Positions 43,758 through 52,306 of a stretch of 64,000 nt of DNA are shown in pieces. The notes beneath the pieces are model-generated. The model was not told the origin of the DNA. It ran no database searches and saw only the letters and a list, made by a program, of their open reading frames with translations. A program made the position numbers and the translations under genes. The stretch is from Acidimicrobiia bacterium (GTDB lineage Bacteria; Actinomycetota; Acidimicrobiia; Acidimicrobiales; Bin134): NCBI GenBank assembly GCA_022819825.1, contig JAJEGM010000044.1, forward strand, positions 41,186 to 105,185, given 5' to 3'. The first letter of the stretch is position 1. Every line of letters begins with the position of its first letter.

Positions 43758-45632
43758 ATGGGCGGCGCCCACGGCGCCATCGGCCACGATCCAACCGGAG
43801 TCAAAGGCAAGCAGATAGCCGGGCAGACGATCCGCCGGGTTGCCGGATTCGCGCGCCCCTACCGGGGCATGCTCATCGGCTTCGTGGTGGTGTTGCTGCT
43901 GGGAGCGCTGCTGTCGCTGGTACCGCCGCTTTTGTTCCGCTCGATCATCGACGACGCCATCGCCAACAGCGACCGGGGCCAGGTACACCTGCTGGCCGGC
44001 ATCATCGTGCTGGCCGCCTTCGGAGAGGCGGCGCTGTCGTTCATTGAGCGCTACTGGTCGGCCCGCATCGGCGAGGGATTGATCTACGACCTGCGGGTGG
44101 GACTGTACGACCACGTGCAACGGATGCCGATGGCGTTCTTCACCCGAGTGCAGACCGGATCGCTCATCAGCCGCATGAACAACGACGTGATCGGCGCCCA
44201 GCGGGCGTTCACCGGCACGCTGGGGTCGGTGGTGTCCAACACCATCGTGCTGGCCACCACGCTGGTGGCCATGTTCCTTTTGGAGTGGCGGCTCACGCTG
44301 ATGGCGCTGGCCCTGTTGCCGGTGTTCATCCTGCCCACCAAGCGGGTGGGCCGGAAGCTCCAGGCCCTCACCCGGGAATCGATGGAGCACAACGCCTCCA
44401 TGAACACGGTGATGACCGAGAAGCTCAACGTGTCGGGGGCGCTGCTGGTGAAGCTGTTCGGACGCCACAACCAAGAGCGCGACGGTTTCGGCGCCACCGC
44501 CGGGCGAGTGCGCGACATCGGGGTGCGCAGCGCCATGTACGGGCGGACGTTCTTCATCGCCCTGAGCCTGGTGGGGGCGGTGGGCGCCGCCATGTTGTAT
44601 TGGGTGGGAGGCCAACTGGTGATTTCCGGGGCGATCACCGTGGGAACCCTGGCCGCCATGGGGCTGATGGTGGTGCGGATCTACACCCCGCTCACCAGCC
44701 TGACCAACGCCCGGGTGGACGTGATGACCGCACTGGTCTCGTTCGAGCGGGTGTTCGAGGTGCTGGACACCTCCAATCCCATCGCCGACCGACCCGACGC
44801 GGTCAAACTGCAACAGCCCAAGGGGCGAATCGAGCTGGCCGATGTGACCTTCACCTATCCGCCCAGCGACGATCGGCTGGCCTCGCTGCAAACCGACACC
44901 GCCGCCCCGGAGGCCACCGGACAGCCGGTGCTGCGCCACGTGTCGGCGGTGATCGAGCCGGGGCAGTTGGTGGCGCTGGTGGGGCCTTCCGGCGCGGGCA
45001 AGACAACTTTGGCCGCGCTGTTGACCCGGTTGTACGACGTGGACGACGGCGCGGTGCTGATCGACGGTACCGACGTGCGGGATGTGGCCCAGGAATCGCT
45101 GCGGGCCTCCATGGGGGTGGTACCCCAAGATCCCCACCTGTTCCACGAGACGGTGGGCGACAACTTGCGCTATGTGAGGCCCGACGCCTCCCCGGCGGAT
45201 ATGGAAGCCGCCTGCCGCTCGGCCCACATCCACGATCTCATCGCCTCGCTGCCCGAGGGCTACAACACCGTGGTAGGTGAGCGAGGCTACCGGCTGTCGG
45301 GCGGTGAGAAGCAGCGGCTGGCCATAGCCCGGGTGCTGCTCAAGGACCCGGCCATCGTGGTGCTGGACGAGGCCACCAGCCACCTCGACAGCGAGAACGA
45401 GGCGCTGGTGCAGCAGGCATTGGGCATCGCGCTGGAGGGGCGGACCGCGGTGGTGATCGCCCATCGGCTGTCCACCGTGACCAATGCCGATCTGATCTTG
45501 GTGCTCGACCGGGGAGAGCTGGTGGAGTCGGGCCGCCATGATGATCTGCTGACCGCCGACGGTCTGTATGCCGAGCTGTATCGCACGTTGGTGCGCGACG
45601 AGCAGCGGTCTCCCGCGGGGAGCGCGCTGTGA
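43758..45632 (+). CDS. ABC exporter, fused TMD-NBD (homodimer-type, MsbA/lipid-or-drug exporter-like)
   Basis: Trimmed to ATG 43758 after AGGAAG. GPSGAGKTT, LSGGEKQRLAIARVL, IVVLDEATSHLD. Confidence 0.85.
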   Translation: MGGAHGAIGHDPTGVKGKQIAGQTIRRVAGFARPYRGMLIGFVVVLLLGALLSLVPPLLFRSIIDDAIANSDRGQVHLLAGIIVLAAFGEAALSFIERYWSARIGEGLIYDLRVGLYDHVQRMPMAFFTRVQTGSLISRMNNDVIGAQRAFTGTLGSVVSNTIVLATTLVAMFLLEWRLTLMALALLPVFILPTKRVGRKLQALTRESMEHNASMNTVMTEKLNVSGALLVKLFGRHNQERDGFGATAGRVRDIGVRSAMYGRTFFIALSLVGAVGAAMLYWVGGQLVISGAITVGTLAAMGLMVVRIYTPLTSLTNARVDVMTALVSFERVFEVLDTSNPIADRPDAVKLQQPKGRIELADVTFTYPPSDDRLASLQTDTAAPEATGQPVLRHVSAVIEPGQLVALVGPSGAGKTTLAALLTRLYDVDDGAVLIDGTDVRDVAQESLRASMGVVPQDPHLFHETVGDNLRYVRPDASPADMEAACRSAHIHDLIASLPEGYNTVVGERGYRLSGGEKQRLAIARVLLKDPAIVVLDEATSHLDSENEALVQQALGIALEGRTAVVIAHRLSTVTNADLILVLDRGELVESGRHDDLLTADGLYAELYRTLVRDEQRSPAGSAL

Positions 45633-47041
45633 GCCTGTTCGACTCGGCCGATGCGGGGGTCGCCTCCGGACCAGCCACGTTCACCGTGGCCGAACTGGCC
45701 GAGCGCATCAAACAGGTGCTGGGCGACGCCTTCGGCGACGAGCTGTGGGTGGAGGGCGAGATCCGCAACCTGAGCCGGGCCCGCAGCGGGCACATGTATT
45801 TCAACTTGGTCGAGCCCGACCCCGACAACGGCTCCGGCAAACAGCCCGAGGCGTCAATTTCAGTGGCTCTGTTCCGGTTCAACCGCGAGCGGGTGGAAGA
45901 CACGCTGCGCCGCCACGGCGGCATGGCGATGGAAGACGGGATGAAGGTCCGCATCCAGGGCAAGCTGGACTTCTGGCCTCCCCAGGGCCGGCTCCAGCTG
46001 TACATGTCGGGCATCGACCCCAACTTCACGCTGGGCGAGCTGGAAGCCGAGCGGCAGCGGCTATTGGAGAAGCTGCGCGACGAGGGGCTGTTGGCCAAAA
46101 ACCAGGCCGTGCCCTTCCCGGTGGCCCCGCTGCGCATCGGGCTGGTCACCTCCAACGGAAGCGCCGCCCACCACGACTTCCACAATGAGTTGGAGAGCAG
46201 CGGGCTGGCCTGGGAGGTGGTGCTGGCCGACACCCCGGTTCAGGGGGCGGACGCTCCCCCGCTCATCGCCGCCGCCATCGCCGCCGTGGGCCGGGCCGGG
46301 GTGGATGTGATCGCGGTGGTGAGAGGGGGCGGGGCCCGCACTGATCTGGTGGCCTTTGACAGCGAGGTGGTGGCCCGAGCCGTCGCCGACGCTCCCGTGC
46401 CGGTGGTAACCGGAGTGGGCCATGAGATCGACCGAACCATCATCGACGAGGTGGCCCACGAGGCCCAGAAAACACCCACGGCGGCCGCGGTGTTCATCGT
46501 GGGCGCCGCTCGGGCCCATTTGGAGGCAACTGAGCTGGCCTGGGAGGCAATTGCCGAGTGGGCCAAACGGCTGGCTGAAGACGCCGACCGGCGACTGATG
46601 ACGGTGAGCCAGACCACCGCCCGAGCCGCCGAGAGCCATCTGCATAGGGCCAGCAGCCGATTGGAAGGCCGGGCCGGGCGGATCCGAGAGCTGGCTGAGA
46701 CCCGGACCAGAAGCGAGACCCGCAAAGTGGACGACTGTGCGGGGACCATGCGCCACCGGGCCACTGCGGCCATCGTCGAAGGCAGGCGCACCCTGGAGCA
46801 GAAGAAGTCGGGCGTGGCGGCCCAGGCCCTGCGGACGCCGAGAGCCGCGGCCAAGGAGCTGGCCAACCTGGAAAGCCGGGTGCGTTTGCTCGATCCTCGG
46901 AAAATCTTGGCCCGTGGTTGGTCGATAACCCGCCACAGCGGCAAAGTTGTGCGCGACCCGGCGGTGCTGGCCGCCGGTGATGAGCTGGTAACCACCGTGG
47001 CCGAGGGCGAGCTGCACAGCACCGTGTCTGAGAAGCAATGA
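45629..47041 (+). CDS. xseA: Exodeoxyribonuclease VII large subunit
   Basis: GTGA-coupled. FTVAELAERIKQVL...LWVEGEIRN...SGHMYFNL OB-fold N-terminus typical of XseA. Followed by xseB. Confidence 0.85.
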   Translation: MSLFDSADAGVASGPATFTVAELAERIKQVLGDAFGDELWVEGEIRNLSRARSGHMYFNLVEPDPDNGSGKQPEASISVALFRFNRERVEDTLRRHGGMAMEDGMKVRIQGKLDFWPPQGRLQLYMSGIDPNFTLGELEAERQRLLEKLRDEGLLAKNQAVPFPVAPLRIGLVTSNGSAAHHDFHNELESSGLAWEVVLADTPVQGADAPPLIAAAIAAVGRAGVDVIAVVRGGGARTDLVAFDSEVVARAVADAPVPVVTGVGHEIDRTIIDEVAHEAQKTPTAAAVFIVGAARAHLEATELAWEAIAEWAKRLAEDADRRLMTVSQTTARAAESHLHRASSRLEGRAGRIRELAETRTRSETRKVDDCAGTMRHRATAAIVEGRRTLEQKKSGVAAQALRTPRAAAKELANLESRVRLLDPRKILARGWSITRHSGKVVRDPAVLAAGDELVTTVAEGELHSTVSEKQ

Positions 47042-47054
47042 GGAGATCGAGAAG

Positions 47055-47276
47055 ATGAGCACACAAGAGATCGGCTACGCCGACGCCCTGAGCGAGCTGC
47101 AACAGATCCTGAGCGAGTTGGAGGCTGAGGACATCGACATCGACGTGCTGGCGGTAAAGGTCGAGCGGGCCGCCGAGCTGATCCGGGTGTGCAGGGGGCG
47201 GATCAACGACGCCGAGGTGCGGGTGAAGGAGATCGTGGCTGGAATGGACAGCGAAGAGGGCGAGTCGTCCGAATAA
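47055..47276 (+). CDS. xseB: Exodeoxyribonuclease VII small subunit
   Basis: 73 aa. ...ALSELQQILSELE..DIDID.L..KVERAAELIR.CR.RI..AE.RV pattern. Confidence 0.85.
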   Translation: MSTQEIGYADALSELQQILSELEAEDIDIDVLAVKVERAAELIRVCRGRINDAEVRVKEIVAGMDSEEGESSE

Positions 47277-48163
47277 TGCCCACTGAGAAACTCGAAACGG
47301 TCGACGCCTTCATCGTCTTCGATCTCGCCGACGCGCCCGAGTCGGTGGGCATCGTCCGATCGGCCCGCAAAATTTTGCCCGGCGGGGCCAGTGATCTGGC
47401 CCGGTCGATGACCTACGCCTTCGCCACCTTCGAGATGCGCCGCAGCGGTGCTTCGGCGGGAATCAACGCCCTCGACGACGACCGGGCCGACGCGGTGGCC
47501 AAGTTCACCGCCGAGATCGCCCCCATGGTGGGTTCGGGCCGATTCCTGCCCGAGCCGGGAACCCGGGTGCCGCGGGCAGCGCTGGAGTCACTGGCCGATT
47601 CCGATCCCCGTGCAGCGGTGGGCGAAGTGGCCGACCAAGCGACCGTCGCCGGAGTGGTGGCCGCTGCCGCTCAGGCCAGCGGCGGTTTGGACGGCCGCAC
47701 TGTGGCCATCGAAGGCTCAGGACCGATCTGCGATGCCCTAAGAGCCGCGGTCGAGGATCAGGGCGGAACGATGGTGGAAATGAACGGCCAAGCCGACGTG
47801 CTGTTCGCCGGCTCCAAGATGGGAGCCATCAATCACACCATGGCCGAACAGCTCCAAGTGGGCACCCTGGTCCCCTACGGCCCCATCCCGGTCACCGCTC
47901 GAGCCCTGGCCATTCTCAGCCGAGCCGGCACCACCGTGGTCCCCGACTTCATATCCACCGCCGGCTCCCTGTTCGCCTGGTGGCCCACCGGCGACCCCAC
48001 CCCCGAGGCCATCGCCGCCGAAGCCGCCGCCAAGATCACCGCTTCCCTCGAGGAGATCGCCGACCACCCCGACGGCCTCTTTCTCGCCGCCGCCTACCGG
48101 GCCGAGAGCTTCCTCGCCACATGGCAGGAATCTCTCCCCTTCGGTCGCCCTCTGGCGTCGTAG
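47276..48163 (+). CDS. Divergent Glu/Leu/Phe/Val dehydrogenase-like protein (motifs degenerate; function unknown)
   Basis: TAATG-coupled to xseB. Layout resembles an amino-acid dehydrogenase (…SGASAGIN…, TVAIEGSGPICDAL in place of GxGxxG, GTLVPYGPIPVT…VVPDFISTAGS), but the canonical glycine-rich motifs are altered. Confidence 0.4.
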   Translation: MPTEKLETVDAFIVFDLADAPESVGIVRSARKILPGGASDLARSMTYAFATFEMRRSGASAGINALDDDRADAVAKFTAEIAPMVGSGRFLPEPGTRVPRAALESLADSDPRAAVGEVADQATVAGVVAAAAQASGGLDGRTVAIEGSGPICDALRAAVEDQGGTMVEMNGQADVLFAGSKMGAINHTMAEQLQVGTLVPYGPIPVTARALAILSRAGTTVVPDFISTAGSLFAWWPTGDPTPEAIAAEAAAKITASLEEIADHPDGLFLAAAYRAESFLATWQESLPFGRPLAS

Positions 48164-48184
48164 CGCCGTAGGCTCAGCGGCGGC

Positions 48185-49438
48185 CTAGCCGCTGCGGGGG
48201 ACTTGGTTGAAGGGGAGGTCGCGGTCGGCGGCGGGTTCGCGGGGCATGCCGAGGATGCGCTCGCTGATGATGTTGCGGGCCATCTCGGTGGTACCCCCGC
48301 CGATGCAGGCCTGCTGGCGCTGCACGTACTCCGTGCCGAAGGCACCGGTGTCCTCGCCTTGGTTCCACACCAGGGCGCGGTCGCCCTGCATCTCCATGGC
48401 CACCGTCTGCCGCTCAGTCCGAGACAAGCCATGAAACAGGCGCACCAGCGATCCGGCCGGGGCGGGCAAAAAGCCGCCTTCGATGCCCTTCACCACCCGG
48501 TCTGAAAGCAGTTCCTCCACTCGGCTGAGCGTCTCCAAGTATCCCAGCCGCTGGCGGTGGCGACCGACGTCGGCGCCGCCGTGGTCACGGGCGATGGCGG
48601 CCAAGTCCTCCACCCCGTCGGCGGTGCGGTTCCGGTGCCGGCCCTGGGTATAGGGGGAGGCGTTGCCCACCGAGGCCCGCTCGTGGAATAGCAGGCGGCT
48701 GGCCACCGTCCAACCGTCGTCCACCTCGCCCACCACGTTTTCGGCGGGGATGACCACGTCGTTGAAGAACTCCTGGCAGAACTCCTCGGTGCGGTCCACC
48801 ATCTGAATGGGGTGGATCTCGATGCCGGGATGGTGGATGGGGACGATGAACATGGTCAGCCCCCGATGCTTGGGCACCTCCCAGTTGGTGCGGGCCAGCA
48901 TGAGGGCGTAGTCGGAGCGCTGCGCGAACGTGCTCCAGATCTTGGACCCGTTGATGATGAACTCCTCACCGTCCCGGTCGGCCCGGGTCAAGGCGCCGGC
49001 CATGTCGGAGCCCCCGCTGGGCTCGGAAATGAACTGCACCCACAGCTCGTCGCCCCTGATCCACGCCGGGATGTAGCGCTGCTTCTGCTCCTCGGTGCCG
49101 AACTCCAAGATCACCGGCCCGCAAATCGACAGGGTGGGCACGCTGAACAAGATGGGCATGTCGAAGTCCATGCTCACGTCGTCGATGATCTTCTGGTGGG
49201 CGGCGGTCAGGCTCTGGCCCCCGTACTCCTTGGGGTAGCACACCGCGGCGTACCCACCGTCGGACAGCCGCCGCTGAAGCTCCCGATTGCGGCTGCTCCT
49301 CTCGTCATCGTCTTGGGTGGGGTGCCAAGGATTGACCGGGTCGCGCCGGGGCATGTTCTCGTTCATCCACGCCTCCACCTCCTCCCGGTATCGGGCCAGT
49401 TCGGCGGGATCGGTTTCGGCATACACGAAGTCGTCCAT
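48185..49438 (-). CDS. Acyl-CoA dehydrogenase family protein (downstream member of an adjacent pair)
   Basis: Trimmed to ATG 49438 (MDDFVYAETDPAEL...) after GGGGGA. ACAD N, middle and C-domain character (…FISEPSGGSD…, …GGGTTEMARNII…). Confidence 0.8.
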   Translation of the reverse strand: MDDFVYAETDPAELARYREEVEAWMNENMPRRDPVNPWHPTQDDDERSSRNRELQRRLSDGGYAAVCYPKEYGGQSLTAAHQKIIDDVSMDFDMPILFSVPTLSICGPVILEFGTEEQKQRYIPAWIRGDELWVQFISEPSGGSDMAGALTRADRDGEEFIINGSKIWSTFAQRSDYALMLARTNWEVPKHRGLTMFIVPIHHPGIEIHPIQMVDRTEEFCQEFFNDVVIPAENVVGEVDDGWTVASRLLFHERASVGNASPYTQGRHRNRTADGVEDLAAIARDHGGADVGRHRQRLGYLETLSRVEELLSDRVVKGIEGGFLPAPAGSLVRLFHGLSRTERQTVAMEMQGDRALVWNQGEDTGAFGTEYVQRQQACIGGGTTEMARNIISERILGMPREPAADRDLPFNQVPRSG

Positions 49439-49446
49439 CGGTCCCC

Positions 49447-50571
49447 CTAGTACCCCATCATCTCGGAAAGACATACCCGGTGGTCGCCCGGCGTTCCGAA
49501 CAACCCCCGGTTCACGGTGGCCCGCCGCAGATACAGGTGCAGGTCGTGCTCATAGGTGACGCCGATGCCGCCGTGCATCTGCACGCAGTCGTGCATGAGC
49601 TCCACCGAGTGGTCGCCCACGTACGCCTTGGCCACGCTCACCATGCGAGCCTCGTCGGCGCCGTCGGCCAGCGCGTCGGCCGCACCGTCCACCGCGGCCT
49701 GGGAGGCCTCCGACCACAGCTTCATGTCGGCAAAGCGGTGCTTGAGGGCCTGGTACGACGCCAAGGGGCGCCCGAAGGAATAGCGGTCGAAGGCGTACTG
49801 AACGGTGAACTCCAGCACCCTGGCCGCCGACCCAGCGTTGTCGGCGCACTGGAGTACCGTCATCACCTGGCGCTGACGCTCTACGTCGGCCTCGGTGGCG
49901 GCACCCGGCTGGCCGACGAGTGCGTCAGGTCCAACGGCCACTCCGTCGAGGCGCACTTCGGCGAAGCGCCGGCCCAAGTCCAGTGATTCCTGGGGGGTGA
50001 CGGTCAGACCCGGTGTGTCCGACGGCAGCAGGAACTGGGCCAAGCCCTCCGGGCTCTGGGCGGTTACCAGCAGGTGATGGGCCTGGGCCCCGGCCTCCAC
50101 TGCGGTCTTGGTGCCGGTGAGCACATAGGCCCCGTTGGCGGGCGCGGCCTCGGCGGCCACTTGGCTGGCGGTCCAGTCTCCACCGGGCTCGCAGAACGCC
50201 CATCCCAGCACCACCTCGCCGGCCAACACACCCTCGAGCAGCGCCTGCTGATCAGACGAACCCGACCGGCCCAGGGTGTCGGCCACCACGTTGGTGGGCA
50301 TGAACGGCCCTGGCGTGACCCCCCGGCCCATCTCGTCGGCCACGATGGTCAAGTCCACAACTGGCCGCCCGGAGATGCTGCCGCCGCCCATCGACTCGGG
50401 CACCATCAACGACGTCCAGCCCAACTCGGCCGCCGACTGCCACCAACTCGGCGGGCAGCCGTCGGGGAGGTCGTGCCACTCCCGCACCACGCTGATCGGA
50501 ACCTCGGCCTCGATGAACCGTCGTGCGGTTTCCCGGAAGAACTCCTGATCGTCGCTCAGATCGAAACGCAC
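49447..50571 (-). CDS. Acyl-CoA dehydrogenase family protein (upstream member of the pair)
   Basis: Start set to GTG 50571 (VRFDLSDDQEFFRETARRF..., typical ACAD start); uncertain. QMHGGIGVTYEHDLHLY block. Confidence 0.75.
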   Translation of the reverse strand: MRFDLSDDQEFFRETARRFIEAEVPISVVREWHDLPDGCPPSWWQSAAELGWTSLMVPESMGGGSISGRPVVDLTIVADEMGRGVTPGPFMPTNVVADTLGRSGSSDQQALLEGVLAGEVVLGWAFCEPGGDWTASQVAAEAAPANGAYVLTGTKTAVEAGAQAHHLLVTAQSPEGLAQFLLPSDTPGLTVTPQESLDLGRRFAEVRLDGVAVGPDALVGQPGAATEADVERQRQVMTVLQCADNAGSAARVLEFTVQYAFDRYSFGRPLASYQALKHRFADMKLWSEASQAAVDGAADALADGADEARMVSVAKAYVGDHSVELMHDCVQMHGGIGVTYEHDLHLYLRRATVNRGLFGTPGDHRVCLSEMMGY

Positions 50572-50665
50572 CGTGGCAATTCCACCACGACAGCGCCAGC
50601 CGGTCACATTGAGCGGCCTATTGGATCGTTCCCCCAACAGGGAGGCCGATACGATTAAGCGGTCT

Positions 50666-50739
50666 GGGGCTGTAGCTCAGCTGGCTAGAGCACCTGCTTT
50701 GCAAGCAGGGGGTCGTGGGTTCGAGTCCCATCAGCTCCA
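50666..50739 (+). tRNA. tRNA-Ala (anticodon TGC), CCA not encoded
   Basis: Hand-folded. GGGGCTG/CAGCTCC acceptor with the G3:U70-type pair, AGCTGG D loop, anticodon loop TT-TGC-AA, GGTTCGAGTCC T arm. Confidence 0.9.
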
Positions 50740-50773
50740 CACCTGGCAATAGCAAGGCAGGGAGGGATACCCG

Positions 50774-52252
50774 ATGTTGACCAAGAAGATGCGCTGGCTG
50801 ATCGCGATGCTCGTGACGCTGGCCATGATCACTGCGGCGTGCGGCGGCAACGATGACGGAGGCGATGCCGACACCCCAGCCCCGGCCCCGGCTACCGAGG
50901 CTCCGGCCGCGGCTGAGCCGGAGCCCGAGCCCGAAGAGGCCGCTCCCGCTGAGCCCGAGCCGGAGCCGGAGGCACCCGCCGCACCCGAGGAGGAAGAACC
51001 CGAGTTCCAGCCTGCCCCCACTGAGGAGCCGGAGCCGGAGATCGAGCTGACCGCCACTTGGCGAGGGGTCACCGCCGACACCATCACCATCGGCGTCACC
51101 CATCTGGACATCGAACAACTGGTGGAGCTCGGCTTTTCCCCGGCTACCTGGGGCGATCAAGCGCTGGTGATCCGAGCGCTGGCCGATGACATCAACGAGC
51201 GGGGCGGCATCAACGGCCGCCAAGTTGAGGTCATCGTGGACAAGTACAACCCCATTGGCACCACCGAGGCCGAGGCGGCCTGCCTGCGGGTGACCGAGGA
51301 CAACGAGGTGTTCGCAGTCTTGTTCGGGTTCCTCGGCCCTGCCGAAGTGGCCAACACCTGCATCGTCGGCACGCAAGAAACGGTGCTGGTAGGGGGAACC
51401 ATTACCGCAGAGCGCCTAGCCGACGCTCGGGCGCCCTGGGTCAACGAGCGGGTGACGCGCGAGGTCAGTACCGGTGCCCTGTTCACCTTGCTCGAAGCAG
51501 AGGGAATGCTCGAAGGAAGATCGATCGCGGTAGTCGCCGACCTTTCTGCGGCCCCGCAACTCGAGGAGGTGGGCCGCCTGCTGCGGGAACATGGAGTCGA
51601 GCCGGTGCTCGAAATAGCCACCTCCTCCCAGGTGGCTGATCTCATCGCCCAGAACCAAGAGTGGTCTGCGTTGTCCGAGCGGATCCGAGCCGCCGGAACC
51701 GACACGCTCCTGCTGGTTGGCAACGTCTCGGCCGGCATTTCGAACGCCGCACTCAACGGTCTTGAGGTGGACATCTGGGCCACCGACGCCTCCGGGCTAG
51801 GCAGCAACATCGGGGCCAACGTCGAACCCGAAGATGCTAGGGGTGTGATCACCGTGGGGGCCATGACCAATTCCCAGATATACGAGACCGATCCCAGGTT
51901 CCAGGAATGCCTGGACGCGGTCACTTCAAGGCATCCCGAAGTCGAGATCAAGCACCCCGCCACCCTCGAAGAGGGCGAACCGCTTTGGTTTACCAGCCTG
52001 GCCGGCCACTGCCGGTTCTTCCAGCTCTTCGAGTTGCTGGCCACCGCGGCCGGGCCCATCCTGACCCACGAGACATTCGCCGAGGCCATCGCCAACATCG
52101 GAGAGTTCTCGATTGCCGGCCAGCCCTACGCATCGTTGGGGGCCGACAAGCTCTCCAGCAACGACTCCTTCCAGCTCTTGGAACAAGACCCTGATCGGGG
52201 CGCCAGGGGCCAGCTGGTTCCCATCGGCCCAATGCGGGACGCCACTCCCTAA
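50774..52252 (+). CDS. Periplasmic-binding-protein type I (LivK/Amino-acid-type) ABC substrate-binding lipoprotein with Pro/Glu/Ala-rich linker
   Basis: Signal peptide plus lipobox (MITAAC). About 60-aa PEA-rich low-complexity tether, then a Leu/Ile/Val-binding-like fold. No cognate permease or ATPase genes nearby. Confidence 0.7.
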   Translation: MLTKKMRWLIAMLVTLAMITAACGGNDDGGDADTPAPAPATEAPAAAEPEPEPEEAAPAEPEPEPEAPAAPEEEEPEFQPAPTEEPEPEIELTATWRGVTADTITIGVTHLDIEQLVELGFSPATWGDQALVIRALADDINERGGINGRQVEVIVDKYNPIGTTEAEAACLRVTEDNEVFAVLFGFLGPAEVANTCIVGTQETVLVGGTITAERLADARAPWVNERVTREVSTGALFTLLEAEGMLEGRSIAVVADLSAAPQLEEVGRLLREHGVEPVLEIATSSQVADLIAQNQEWSALSERIRAAGTDTLLLVGNVSAGISNAALNGLEVDIWATDASGLGSNIGANVEPEDARGVITVGAMTNSQIYETDPRFQECLDAVTSRHPEVEIKHPATLEEGEPLWFTSLAGHCRFFQLFELLATAAGPILTHETFAEAIANIGEFSIAGQPYASLGADKLSSNDSFQLLEQDPDRGARGQLVPIGPMRDATP

Positions 52253-52306
52253 GCAGGTCCATACCCAACTGAATCTGCCCCCACATCGGGGGATACGGTT
52301 GCGGCC

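Noticed and set aside
43722-45539. 605-aa antisense ORF across the third ABC exporter (and 44285..45280(+) 331 aa)
   Set aside because: Same reasoning: biased R/G/H/P composition, no recognisable domain, and full overlap with a gene carrying Walker A, signature and Walker B motifs.
50860-51050. Quasi-repetitive GAGCCCGAGCCGGAG... DNA that might be mistaken for a short-period repeat array
   Set aside because: It lies inside a continuous ORF and encodes a Pro/Glu/Ala linker. There are no regular repeat-spacer units, so it is not a CRISPR or a noncoding tandem array.
50618-51376. 252-aa minus-strand ORF spanning tRNA-Ala and the start of the SBP gene
   Set aside because: It overlaps a well-folded tRNA and the lipoprotein signal peptide region. 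Its low-complexity translation is the mirror of the PEA-rich linker.
52279-52293. CCCCC-acatc-GGGGG hairpin after the SBP gene as a possible terminator
   Set aside because: Only a 5-bp stem, with no U-tract. The next gene starts 14 nt later. Too weak to call.
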